Source of the DNA: Chiloscyllium plagiosum
Taxonomy: Eukaryota
Reading direction: 5' to 3'
DNA length: 64,000 bases
Assembly (NCBI RefSeq): GCF_004010195.1
Contig: NC_057720.1
Location: forward strand, 34,170,382 to 34,234,381
The notes below the pieces were generated by a model. That model worked only from the letters and a program-made list of their open reading frames with translations. It searched no databases and was not told where the DNA came from. The position numbers and the translations under genes are program-made. Of the stretch, positions 1-12,215 are shown one piece after another; position 1 is the stretch's first letter; each line of letters starts with the position of its first letter.

Positions 1-1400
1 TCCCAGGTACCTATCCATGCTGCAAGCTCACCTACCTTATTTCAGATATTTCTGGTGTTGAATTGACACACTTCAAACCAGTTTGCTAACTGCCAGCACA
101 TTCCTGTGACCCTGAAATCTTGTCCCTGTCCTTCCTACTCTCATCCTCCTGTGCATTGCAACTACACCTCCGGTTCCCATCCCCCTGCTGAGCTAGTTTA
201 AACCCACCTGAATAGCACCAGCAAATTTCCCGCCCAAGATATTAGTGTCCCTCTGGTTCAAGTGAAGACCGTCCTGTTTGTACAAGTCCCACCTTCCCCA
301 GAATGAGCCCCAATTATCCAAAAACCTGAAATCCTCCCTCTTGGACCATCCTTGCAGCCACGTGTTTAGCTGATATCTCTCCTTATTCCTTGCCTCGCTA
401 TCACGTGGCACGGGTAACAATCCAGAGATAACAATGATGTTTGTTCTAGCTTTCAGCTTCCACCCTAGCTCTCTGAAATCCTGCCTTACATCCCTATCCC
501 TCTTTCTACCTATGTCGTTGGTACCTACATGGACAACAACTTGAGGCTGGTCACCCTCTCCCTTCAGGACCCCAAAGATACGATCCGAGATGTCATGGAC
601 CCTGGCACTGGGAGGCAACACACCAACCGCGAGTCTCGTTCGTTCCCAAGAAGCCTTCTATCTGAGCCTCTAACTATTGAGTCCCCAATGACTAACACAC
701 TCCTCCTTGCCCTCCTTTTCTGTGCAACAGGGACAGGCTCTGTGCTAGAGACCTGGGCCCCACTGCTTGCCCTGGTAAGTCGTTCCCCTCAACAATATCC
801 AAAATGGTATACATGTTTTTCAGGGGAATGACCACAGGGGATCCCTCCACTTTTTTCCCCTTTCGAACAGTCACCCAGCTTTCTTCTTGCTTAGGAGTAA
901 CTACTTCTCTGTAACTCCTATCTATCACAGCCTCTGCCTCCCGAATGATCCGAAGTTCATCCAGCTCCCGCTCCAGTTCCCTAACACTGTCTTGGTGGAG
1001 TGAGAGTCGGGTGCACTTCCTGCAAATGTACTTCGATGGGACAATAATGGCTTCCCTGACCTCAAACATCATGCAGGAGGAACATTGCTCTCCGTACACT
1101 GCCATCCCTGTTAGTTCCTTAGTCACAAAGTAAAAAAGAGACGCTTACCTGATATGTCCTTGGTCTTTAAGGTTAGAGGAGGTGGTTGGGTGGGAGGCCC
1201 TACAAAGATAGGGTCTCAGGTTGAGAAGATACTGACTTATATAGCAGGATGGAAATAAAAATAAGAAGTCCCTCCTTCCCCAGAAATCTTTGCTTTCTGA
1301 CTTCAAATTTAAAAGCACAAATCAGTGACTCACCGCTCCTGGCAGGCCCCTGGTGCAAGCTTCCACCCTTCGAGTTGCTGCTGCCGCTGTTCTCCTACTC
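1..1400 (-). mobile_element. CR1-clade LINE 5' end: 5'UTR plus frameshifted ORF1 (zinc finger, coiled coil, SGNH esterase)
   Basis: ORF 692..1126 has CSSC...YICRKC and LERELDEL. ORF 193..621 has the SGNH motifs VVVHVGTNDIG, ISGLLP and DGLHLN, typical of CR1 ORF1p. The element continues off the left edge. Confidence 0.88.
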
Positions 1401-1419
1401 CATTTGGTAGACCTTTATC

Positions 1420-3200
1420 TACTCCGTAACCGTCTGATTAGATTTTGACAGTGTGTTAAGAGAATGATATGAGAAAGTCTATTGTTTCCTTTACCATCAA
1501 GGCCTCTCCAATGTTTCGTGTGGATCACTGCCTGATGGTCTCAGAGTCAAACCTAGCACAAGTGTTTCTGCAGGGGTTAGATGGTATGATGTAGTCAACT
1601 GCTGGGAATGTTCCATGGCAACCTATCCTTAGTGACTTTAGAGGCATTTCATGTTTGTTTGCCAAGAATATATTCCCAGTTTAATGTGATATTTATGTAT
1701 CTTGTTCCTAAGAGTACAGTTCACTTTTGACCTTGAAATGTAGAGCAAGCTGATTTAAGTAATCGCAATAGAACAGGCGTATGGAATGGACCAGACAACT
1801 GCACTGAGCGGCCCTTATACCTGATGATCAGATTCTTGCTCACAGTGACAAAGCATGATCACTTGTAAATGCCCAGGTTTGGTTTTGCCCATCACTACTT
1901 GCTCCTTTCAGTTTTTAATGCTAATTGTGCTCCCTTGAATCATATCGTCAGCACCTTCAGATAGTCTGACCTGAGGGTGAAGAGGAAAAAAGCTAGTTAG
2001 CTCAGCACCCGAAGAAAATGGCCTCGCTCTTGCTGTGATTTCCCTTTTGCCATTGAGGCCAATTGATCTTGTTTTGATGCTCATTGGTCTGCTCGCCAAC
2101 AGATTTGAGCAGAAAGTGGCGACATTATTCATAAACGGGGGGGGAGGCTCTGTCCTGCACCCCACAGCCTGGGATTGCCACCCTTATGCCTGCATCATTC
2201 TTGAAGGACTTGCCAAAACATTCTATGGAACAAACAACCAGGCCAGATAGAAGGGGCAGCCTTGTCTGTCTCCAGATTTGATTGGAAAGGCTCCTTATTT
2301 TCCAGGAGTGGTCACAACCCTCAGACTAGGTCATTACAATTTGGCCTGTGATCAGGGACAGGTGGGTGTGACTGGAGGTAGACCGGTATGGCGACCCAGG
2401 GATGGTGTACTCATCAGTCATCAAAGAACTGACTACAAAAATTGAGGTGATATTCTGTATGTTTTAATATTGAAAGTGGAATAATGTTGATGTGAAATCC
2501 GCAATCATTTAAATCCATTCGCTCCTTCGACATCTTATTATTCCTTTCCATCACTTCATGCCTTGTGATAATTGCTGAGGTCCGGAAGTTTGACTTTTCT
2601 TTTAAATAGTGTTTGCAGTACCAGCACTTAATGCCAGTTCTGTTTGGAGGTGTTCCTAGAAATTTAAGTTTAACAGTTCTCATGGGCTATTAGCTGCATT
2701 ACTTGCTAGATTCATACCTAATGAGGGATACACCCTTGGAAGGTTGCCAAACCATGGTACTCCAGTTTCAACTGTAATTCTGTCCATCGAAGGTCCTACT
2801 TAAACACTTGCTTACTTTTAGAGTATCGGTGTGGTTCAGTGGGGTTTGGTCTTAAAGCAGAGTAGGGGAACCCTGCTCAATGAGTACCCTATTTCTCATT
2901 CATCCAATCACTCGGATGTACAGCCTAGGTACCCGGCACTGGTACTCGATGTTGAGTCAAATTAGGTTGTTCTCAATCAAATGGTAGTCAGAATGACGTT
3001 TTGGACAAATTGTAGCTTCTGTTAATGGAAATAACACTTATCCAGAATAGTAGCAGCATGAAACAGCTTCCCTAACTTGTTCTTCAAATCTTTGAAATAC
3101 TTTGCCTTTTCACAACAATTTGGGGTAGATTGGGCACTTTGCAGGATCAAAAGTGTCAGCGTTTCACCCATTTGCTGGTCTGCATGATGTGCAGGAGCAA
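1420..3200 (-). mobile_element. Possible highly decayed LTR-retroelement pol remnant
   Basis: Weak motif-like peptides in pol order on the minus strand (VKLKFLG at ~2670, SSGAEL at ~2005, VDYIIP at ~1595). No intact ORF. Confidence 0.25.
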
Positions 3201-3226
3201 TAATCTGAATAAAGGCCATTGACATG

Positions 3227-3847
3227 TGTTATGGACTAAGCCTGATCCCTCAAAGCATTTTCCAGCAGGTAGCCCAGACTGTAACTTTGCTATTTATTTC
3301 AGGTAAGTGTACAGTGGATATTCCTGATTTAGTTGGTCCAACTGCTAAGTTTTAAACAAACAATTTATTTATGAGATTACAGAATGAAATACAAAGAACA
3401 GAAAATAGAATACTGGATTAATTATCCTATCCAAAAACCTGACCAACTATCCTGACTTTATGATGCTGTTCCAAACGTACTTGCATCAGTCCCCATAAAC
3501 ACCCTCTTGGCACAAAAGGTAGAATCAAACAAAGGCTTACAGGTTTTAAGCCAGAGAGAGTACCAGGCTGGACTTAGTGGCAGCAGCCTTTCTTCACACA
3601 CCCTGCTGCTGAACTAATTCTATTCTAAACAAAGCCCAGCTACACAGCTAGCTGGCTGCTCCCCTTTGATTATATCTGTTTTTAAGACATGAAAGCCTTC
3701 AGCTGGAAGCATTATATATTAGGGGTAAACAAAGCAGGCCCTAATAAACCTTTAAAACCCAGCCCTTGTTGGAGCCTGGCCAATTACCCCTCTCTGGAAA
3801 AAACTCAAGGGCACAGTAACTTTGAGAGAAGGACCAGCTTTGAGACA
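3227..3847 (-). mobile_element. Solo LTR (Gypsy-type)
   Basis: Starts TGTTATGG and ends ACA, with near-identical 4-bp flanks (catg/cttg). The start resembles the solo LTR at 17826. Contains a reverse-strand AATAAA. Confidence 0.55.
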
Positions 3848-3878
3848 CTTGGATGCTCATTTTGATGCATTTATCTTT

Positions 3879-4055
3879 TAGAGTCATAGAGTCATAAGGA
3901 TGTACAGCACCGAAACAGACCCTTCAGTCCAACCTGTCCAAGCCGACTAGGTATCCCAACCCAATCTAGTCCCACCTGCCAGCACCCGGCCCATATCCCT
4001 CCAAACCCTTCCTATTCATATACCCAATCAAATGCCTCTTAAATGTTGCAACGTA
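3879..4055 (-). mobile_element. CR1/HER1 LINE 3' end
   Basis: (TATGACTC)n tail on the minus strand. The 3'UTR closely matches the copies at 20036-20370 and 34497. Confidence 0.8.
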
Positions 4056-4604
4056 TTAGCCAAATCAATGTAAATTCCAAACTCTTGGGGCACCAGCAAA
4101 GAACCCTATTGTACTCCACGCATCACTTCCTTCCAATCAGGCAAAGGCCCCTTTATGCACGCAGTCTGTTTTCTGCCAACCAGCCAGACCTTTAAATGTG
4201 CTGATATGTTGCCCCTAAGCCATGAGCTTTTATTTTCCACAATAACCTTATGTGGCACTTCATCAAATGCCTTCTCAAAATCATTGTCACCGAGTTCCTA
4301 AAAATTCTGTACCACATAAGAATTATCCTCAGGGTGATATGTTCCAGCTTATTTTACTAAAGCTGGCATGTGTCATGGAGATAGATTCTTACCATCTGTT
4401 CTGCTGCACTGTAAGTTAATGTTTCAGTCAGATTTTAGCACAATTATGTCATTGTATCTGTTTAATTTTATAGAATTGATGTGAGCCTTGGGTTTCACTA
4501 CAGTCAAGGTATTGTATCAATATGCAAGTTGTTTGTGTAATAAATTTTGAAAATGAGAGCATTTATAGGATGTGATCAGTAATTTGGGTGGAATGTTGAG
4601 TAAA

Positions 4605-5280
4605 CAGAGGGACAGGAGTAGGCCATTCAACCTGTTGAGACTGCATTGGTATTGAATATGATCATGGCTGATCCAACACTTCAATACCTTTTTACCTGCA
4701 CTATCCCCATAACCCTTTACACTAGTTGTAATCAGAAATCTATCAGCCTCCACTTTAAATATACTCGAAAGACTGAGCTTCCATGACCCTTTGGGTTCGA
4801 AAATTCCAAAGGGTCACAACCCTTTCAGATAAAAGTGCTGTTTGTATCTGTTCTAAATGTGATTCCCCTTATTTTTAAATTGTGCTTGTTTGCATTTACC
4901 CTGTATCCTTTTTAAGTATTTTGTCAGCTTCAATGAGATCACTGTTCAATCTTAAAATCTCGAGACAATATATGCCTAGTTTGCCTGCTGTCTGTTCAGT
5001 GGACAGTCTACCAACCTAGCAGAAAAGCTGGCAAACCTTTGTTGCACTCCCTCCCAATTGAATATCTTTCCTGAGATAAGGAAATCAAAACTTCACGCAA
5101 TACTCCAGGTGCAGTCTGGCCAAGCTTTTATATAACTGAAACAAGATTTCACTGCTCTTGTAACAAGGCTATCGTTCCTTGAGCCTTCCTAATAGCTTGC
5201 TGCATTTGCACATTCACTTTCAGCGATTTATTGTCTAGGGCACCCAAGTCCCTTTGCACATGTACACTTTCCAACCTTTC
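4605..5280 (-). mobile_element. Older CR1 ORF2 3' fragment
   Basis: Decayed CR1 C-terminal peptide (DRFLITTSVKGYG) and 3'UTR motif GAATGGCCTACTCCTG. Confidence 0.65.
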
Positions 5281-5388
5281 ATAGTTTGTTTAACTATTTG
5301 TCCTGTCTATTTGGAGTCAACATTTAACATGGCTGTAGAGTAGAAGGACCTCTTATTACAATTGTTTTTAAGCTAATAAAAATGCTGT

Positions 5389-5714
5389 GGGCGGCACGGC
5401 GGCACAGTGGTTAGCACTGCTGCCTCACAGCGCCAGAGACCCGGGTTCAATTCCCGACTCAGGCGACTGACTGTGTGGAGTTTGCACATTCTCCCCGTGT
5501 CTGCATGGGTTTTCTCCGGGTGCTCCGGTTTCCTCCCACAGTCCAAAAGATGTGCGGGTCAGGTGAATTGGCCATGCTAAATTGCCCATAGTGTTAGGTT
5601 AAAGGGGTAAATGTAGGGGTATGGGTGGGTTGCGCTTCGGCGGGTCGGTGTGGACTTGTTGGGCTGAAGGGCCTGTTTCCACACTGTAAGTAATCTAATC
5701 TAATCTAATCTAAT
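5389..5714 (+). mobile_element. HE1 SINE (tRNA-derived V-SINE of elasmobranchs), near full length
   Basis: tRNA-like head with A box (GGCACAGTGGTTAG) and B box (GGTTCAATTCC), V domain GTGTGGAGTTTGCACATTCTCCCCGTGTCTGC, CR1-like tail and (TAATC)n end. Confidence 0.9.
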
Positions 5715-6424
5715 AGTATTATGTTTGGTACATACCTAGCTTCACAGAGAATTTATTGACGAGCTCTTCTGAATGAAATAATATTGAATGGGAATTATTG
5801 TATCCCATGGTATTAATATTTGTAAATCTGGAATCAGACCCCTGGTGTGAGATTGTAAATTGATTCTAAAATAGGGAAAAGAAATATCATACTTCCCTTC
5901 TGAAGATCAGGTTTGAGTAGAGTAATCATTTTTATCTTTATGAAGCTTAGGATCATTGACCCAATTTTGCATTAACCCAAGATATACCTGTCGGGATCTT
6001 TTGATGTTATTAGATATAAAGATTTTCTACATTCCACAGCATGATCAGTTTTTATTATGAGAAAAGAGTTTGTGATTAAAAGTGTTGTAAACTGCAACTA
6101 ATTAGCGTGTTGGTTTCCATCTAAAGAATATAATTTACATATCTCAACAGATAATGAGTTTTCCTGTTTATTCCAACCTTACAGTAGGTCATGGTACATA
6201 CATAGTGTAAAATTGCTTCCAATTGGATATCTGTTGTTTTTAAAAGGGCTTGAGATTCCCAAGGGCTTGAATTTCACACAGATGGAAAAGAAGTATGGAG
6301 AAATAGAGATTGGAATAAACCATATTATTTTACTATTACCACAACCATTTGTAAAATTTAGAATAGTAATAGGCTGACTGGTTTCCATGTCTGAGTCATG
6401 GCTGATACAATTTCTTTTCTTTAG

Positions 6425-6592
6425 GGATAAGAATGATGCACTTGCACCTTATAATCCTGATGTCGTCAGTTTTGCAATGGGACAAAATAAAGTTCAAAAC
6501 ACCATGAATAATCCTGCAAACACAGTGAATTTGATAGACCAGCAGGTGGGACTAAGAACCTTTGAAACCAGCAACAGAAATGAGAATGGAAG
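6425..6592 (+). CDS. CCDC24: CCDC24 internal coding exon (first in window), RDKNDALAPYNPDVVSFAMGQ...NENGS
   Basis: Acceptor tttcttttctttAG at 6423-6424 and donor GTTGGT at 6593. 168 nt, phase 2-2. The peptide resembles the recalled human CCDC24 segment RDQAQAWVQYSPRVLHFAL and joins the next exon in frame. Confidence 0.85.
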
Positions 6593-7924
6593 GTTGGTAA
6601 GATTATACTATATTACAGGATTTTTCCAATGATTGTGTTATAATTGTATGTCTAATATAATTGAATTACATCTTGTTCTTGTGATGTGGGCAATGATATT
6701 GCACCTGGGCATTTGAAGTCAACATATAAAACCTCAATGTTTTACAGCCCTAAGTTATTTGTTATTTTCTACTTATAGTCCACAACATATAGTACTTTTA
6801 ACCTTAATTTCACACCTTACCACTAGGCTACCATACAGGAACTTTGTCAACAGTGTGACATTTTACTGATGATTTGTGCTTGAGATGAATTAAATTCCAA
6901 GGGTTCATTTAATAATGTGTGTTCAAAACTTCTCCTGGTGATATTAATTTGCTGTTCAGTTTGCCCTGTTCCATATCCTCCTAGCCAGGTATGACTGATG
7001 ATAACTGTTCTTTCCATATTTACAAAGGTGTACAAGCCTTGCTTTTAGATGTGGTTTAGTATAAGAAATGTTGTATCAGAAGACTTGATAACATTAATGT
7101 GATTACCGTTACATTGGTCTTCATGCCGCATTGTTCACGGTGCGCTAGATTGCAGTATTTCACAATTTAAGTGATATTGGTTTGTTCGTGAAGTCAGACC
7201 TGGAAGCTAATAGGCTGATTAAGCATACGACACAGCATCCCCAGGAGGAGCATTGTGGTTTTGGCAATTCTGTTTGAGCGGATAGCAGTTGTTGAATGGT
7301 AATTGAGGCCTCAGGAAAAATCAACCATTCTATCATGAAAGAACTGGAATTAAGGTTCTTCTTTAAACTGTTTTCTGAGAGATGGTTCTGGGCTGCTACT
7401 GCGACAGCATGAAGATTTGAAAACTTCCTGCCTAATCTGATACATCAGCTTCTGGAAGCCTGAAGATTAGAGAGCGGAGTTAAGTATTGTAGCCATTGCC
7501 TGTGAACTGAGATGGTGACCCTTATCAAGGTATCAGATAAGCAGCAAGGAGTCCATATTTATGCCTGTGAAATAGCCCATTCTGAAAGCGATTTTCAGTA
7601 ATCTGACTAGCTTTGTTGCTTTCTTTTATTTATCCTTGACTTTTTATCCGTATTTTCTGTAAATGGGGACTGAAAACAAATGTTTTGGGTTTAAAGCACA
7701 GGCAATAATCAACTTAACGTGTTATTTAATTTTCTCTCGGCTAAAGTTTTTGTGTATCTAATAAGATTAGGTCTTTTGTTTTAAGATACAAAATTGGCCT
7801 CTGAAAATTAATTATTGGTGAAGTCTGGGTTAGGAACTATGGAGTGACTATTCAGGGATCTTCAGTTCAATTTTACTGTGTTGCAAATATAGAGGTAAAA
7901 AAGCTGTTTTGGCTCATCTGTCGA

Positions 7925-8070
7925 GACTGTAGTGCTGGAAACTGATGAAGTGCTTATGCCGGAAATGTCGATTCTCCTGCTTCTCGGATGCTGCCTGACC
8001 TGCTGTGGTTTTCCAGCAGTACACTCTCAACTCTGAACTCCAGCATCTGCAGTCCTCACTTTCTCCTACC
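7925..8070 (+). mobile_element. Penelope terminal-repeat (pLTR) fragment with hammerhead core
   Basis: CTGATGAAGTGCTTATGCCGGAAATGTCG followed by the recurrent GATGCTGCCTGACCTGCTG...CCAGCATCTGCAGTCCTCACTTTCTCC tail. Confidence 0.75.
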
Positions 8071-11000
8071 TGAATTGGTTTATCTGTCTTGGTGCCATAA
8101 CAGCACAACATCATAGAAAGAGTGTGAATGCTTTGGAGCGATGCAGAACTTATTTCCTGCATTGATTCAAGGGATTATGAAAATCAGTTATGAAGCTTGA
8201 TTGAAGAACTTTCTTTGAAGGGAAGTCTAAAAGATTTGGTAGAGGTTTGCAAAATCATGAGCAGGCTAGATAGAGAGGAGACACTATTCCTGCTTGTAAA
8301 TGGAACAAGAACAAGACTGCATCGGGTTATAGTGATTTGCAAAAGAAGCAATTGTATTTTAAGAAAAATCTTTTTCACACAGCAAGTATCATTAGTAACA
8401 GTACTAACACGATATTCTCTTGGGGAAAACATCCGAGTCTCAGTTTTTATCTGCCACCTGCTTCATTCTACACTGTACCCTCTTCAGCTAACTCACCTAC
8501 TCAATTGAATCTCTCCCTCACCTCCGATACATAATCTAATTGTGAGATCTCCGACTTTGGTCCTGTCAATTTTACTTTAATTAGTTTCAAAGAGCCTCTG
8601 ACTTCATGACTAAATATTAACTCAAAGGAAGGAAACTGAGTAGATACGTTTGGGACATCTCTAATGGCAAACAATACGAATGGGATATCTTTATCCCAAT
8701 CATTTGGTAATCATAATAAGCTTTTAACATGGTCTACGAGGTCTGATGCCACCTTTCTAAAGCTCCCTGGGATTCAGGATGATATGCACTGGATTTAAAG
8801 TGCTACATGCCTAAGCTATTCATAACTTCCTTAAACAGACGTGCAGTAAAATTTGACCCTTAGTCCGACTGAACTTCTCTGGGTAGCCCATACTGTGTGA
8901 AGAAAGCTATTAACTCCTCTACTACCCGTTTTTGCCTTGATACTCCATAATGGAATTGCCTCCCGAAATCTGGTAGACACCTCCATTATGGTTAACAAGT
9001 ACGGGGTCCCACTTTTAGTTCTCAGGAGGGGATCTACACAATCAATTATAACCAGCGTGAAAGGTTCTTCAAATGCGGGAACTGGTAACAAAGGTGCTGG
9101 TTTTATTACTGCCTGTGGCTTACCTACTATTTGGCATGTATAGCACGTAAGCAAAAGTTAACCCCATCCTTGTGCATTCCAGGGCAATAAAATTTTTTTT
9201 GTACCTTAGCCTGAGTCTTTCATAACCCCAGGTGACCTCCTACGGGTAGCTCATGTGCTACCCGTAACAGTCCCTGTCTGTATGTTAGCAACACAATCTG
9301 GTGCACTTCAGCCCATTTCTCCTCTGCACTAACCTGCCATGGTCTCTTCATCTGAGGATTCTATCTTTCAGATAATAACTCTCCAGAATATTCTCTGCCT
9401 CCTTTTCAGAGTAGGCATCCACATATATATTTTTTATAGGACTAAACACTTCTGACTGATTCTGCATGTTCAGGTTTTTCCTGCACCATTACATCAAACA
9501 GGGTATCCGCTAACTGAACCTCAACTCTTTCATCTTTCTCTTTATTTTTTGCTTTGTGCTGTGACTTATGATAGTGGGATCTGGTTGCCATACAGCCTGG
9601 GAAAATAACACGATATTTCTGTTTTAACTTCAGTTTCTTGGTCTTCCTTGGGCTTCTCCACAATAAGGGTGTCACTTCCACCTTTGATCCTGCCAAATCA
9701 TTCCCAAGAACAAACTGAATTCCTGGAACTGACACTCTTGTCAATCACTCCCACTTTAACTTGCCCAGTCTTAAGTTGGCACGCCAACGTGATTTTACAT
9801 AGAGGAATGCTAAACTTCTGTACATCTGTCCCACAAATTACCACACTCTTGGGCAACAGATCAGAAAGAGTGCATATTTGCTCATCCCTTACTATCAGCG
9901 ACTGGTTAGATCCTGTATCTCTCAAACTTATAACTTCTTGTCCTTCTTCCCCTGTTCTTTGAGTAAACTTTATCCACAGAGGTGAATTCTTTGCAGAGGT
10001 CGGGTACTAACTTCATATCCAGCCCCTGCCTAGGCTGTGCACTCTCCTGCAGCTCCTCAGCTTTTGGGGTCTCCTTTACTACCTTCACTGTTGCCACTGG
10101 CTTAGCTTCTTTTACCACATCTTTTCCCACAGCGTCCTTTCTTTAATGACAGCACTGTGTCTTTGTGTCCCACTTTACCATAGTGAAAACACCTGAGGCC
10201 TTTCACCTCCTTTCCACCGTCCTGTGGTAAAATCTTAACAGTGCTCTCTAGTCTTGGTTTAGTAGTGTAAGATCTCCCCTTCTCCCAACTTCTATCCTTC
10301 ACAGGACAAAATTCTGGCTGGAAGCTTGTCTTATGCATCAGCATGCACTCATCTGCTAATTCTGCAGCCCTTCTCATTTCCTGACCTTTCTGTTCCTCCA
10401 CCTGAATTCTTACCATCTCTGGAAGTGAGTTTTTAAACTCCTCCAGCAGAATAATCTCTCTGACAGCCTCAAATGTCATATTTTCAAAGCATGCACCCCT
10501 CGATCAAAATGACTGTTGAATTCAAAAGGATTCAACCTAAGTCTGACCTGGTTCTTCCTTTGTGTTTCTGGACAATTGTCTATATGCTTCTGGTACCAAT
10601 TCATTTCTTGACACCTCATCTGACAGTGCAGCAAATAGCTCATTCGCTCTGCTTACCAATTTAGTCTGAACTAGCTTTACCCATAAATCCTTGGACCACG
10701 CCATCTGCCTCGCCAATTTTTCAAATGAAATAAAGTAAGCATCGACATCTTTCTCATCAAAATGTGGCAAAGTTTTGACATATTGATATATATCACTACC
10801 TTCTCTTTTAATCTCCATCCTATTAACTTGACTTTGCTGACTAAGCTGCAACTTCTTAAGTTCACATTTTCTATCTCTTTCTCTCTCCCTTTCTTCTCTC
10901 TTTGCTCAGCCTAGAACCCTCTCTCTCTCTTTTTCCTTTCTCTTTCTCTTTCCCTCTTTCTCTGTTTGTTTGTTTATCTTCTAACTCCATTTTCCTCAAT

Positions 11001-11083
11001 TATAATTTGTCTTTCTATCTCTACTGCACTTGTCTGTTTCTCTGATACACCTAAGTGTTTGAGTAAGCCCTTTACAATTTCAG

Positions 11084-11197
11084 GGAGAAAGTGAGGTCTG
11101 CAGATGCTGGAGATCAAAGTTGAAACTTTATTGCTGGAACAGCACAGCAGGTCAGGCCTGACCTGCTGTGCTGTTCCAGCAATAAAGTTTCAACTTT
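11084..11197. mobile_element. Fold-back Penelope pLTR derivative inserted in the Gmr1 gag
   Basis: Perfect 82-nt palindrome at 11116-11197. CTTTACAATTTCAG is duplicated at 11070-11083 and 11194-11207. Confidence 0.85.
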
Positions 11198-11494
11198 ACA
11201 ATTTCAGCTTAACTTTTGTCCTTGATTAAACCCAAATCTAACTTATTTGCTAATTCTAAAAGTATGGCCTTTTTCTTTCCTTCAAAACTTCCTTGGCAAA
11301 TTTGAGAATCGTCCTCAAATTCCAGAACCTCATTTTCAATTTTAAGAGCCTTTCTTTCACTTTTAATTTAATTGACCACAAGTCAACAAAATTAAACAAA
11401 TTGTCTCACCTACGTTTTATTTAAAGATCTGTAAGTGTTTAAATCTGCTGGGAGTTTTTTGTGCCCCCAAATCTATTCAAATTTGTCTAAACCA

Positions 11495-11520
11495 GTTCAA
11501 ATCACGGACCTGAGCCCCCA
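11495..11520 (-). promoter_or_regulatory. Primer-binding site complementary to tRNA-Pro
   Basis: The minus strand reads TGGGGGCTCAGGTCCGTGATTTGAAC, against the canonical PBS-Pro TGGGGGCTCGTCCGGGAT. Confidence 0.8.
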
Positions 11521-11523
11521 AAC

Positions 11524-12215
11524 TGTAATGACACTGGGTAAACTCTCCTGTTTAATTTAAAACCAGCAACACAGAAAAGATTTATCCTATGCAGTAATCT
11601 CCAAAAAATTTGAGTGGCCAAGAACTATATAACGTAAAAGTTAACAACTTTATTTCTTAAAATATAACAGAATAATTAACCAACTACTATTTACAATTTC
11701 TTTCTCTAACCTACCTTTTATCTTTCCTTCCATAATTCTAGTCCGCTAAAACTCCCAATTAAGATTTACAAAACAACACTTATCTCAAAATCAGGCAGCT
11801 GTAGGTTCTTGTCGTGTTGTCTTTTCTCCTTGTTAGGAATTTCTGTGTCACAGGTTAATGATCAAAAAAGTACTTTTATGAGCGATTCTTTTCAAGCAGT
11901 CTGTAATGTGCTAGGTCTTGGCAGTCCTCCTCTCAACTGTTCAACTTTCCCCTGGTCTTATTCCCCAGAGCATTGGATTGTTTACATTGGCTTTTAAGAT
12001 TGTCGATATACTCAATTGAAACTTGATTGGAAATTGGTATTTTTCCAGGGTATAATTTCAACTGATTGGTTGAATTCAAATTTGTTTTTGTCTCCAGGCA
12101 AGGAACTAATTGACCCAGTGTTACATTGTTGCCTTATCGAGAACACTTGGTGCTGTGTCCGGTAGTTCTGCTGCTTTTACCTCTCTTAAAGGTACACACA
12201 CACATCTTCATAACA
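11524..12215 (-). repeat. 5' LTR of the Gmr1-like element (~692 bp)
   Basis: Inverted termini TGTAATGA...TCATAACA, 3 nt from the PBS. Confidence 0.8.

Larger units (their letters stand above)
8535..12215 (-). mobile_element. Gmr1-clade Gypsy LTR retrotransposon, 3'-truncated and decayed (5'LTR, PBS, gag, protease, integrase)
   Basis: gag peptides LPHFDEKDVDAYFISFEKLA and ELVPEAYRQ...LLEEFKNSLPE, knuckle remnant CFHYGKVGH, protease RDTGSNQSLI, then integrase (VAHELPVGGHLG, CYTCQIVGKP, PFTLVIIDCVDPL) with no RT between them. Many frameshifts. Confidence 0.88.

Noticed and set aside
193..621. SGNH hydrolase as a cellular or horizontally acquired esterase gene
   Set aside because: It lies directly downstream of a zinc finger/coiled-coil ORF, which is the known CR1 ORF1p layout.
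5389..5465. tRNA-like sequence with A and B boxes
   Set aside because: It is the head of an HE1 SINE, continuing into the V domain and LINE-like tail, not a tRNA gene.
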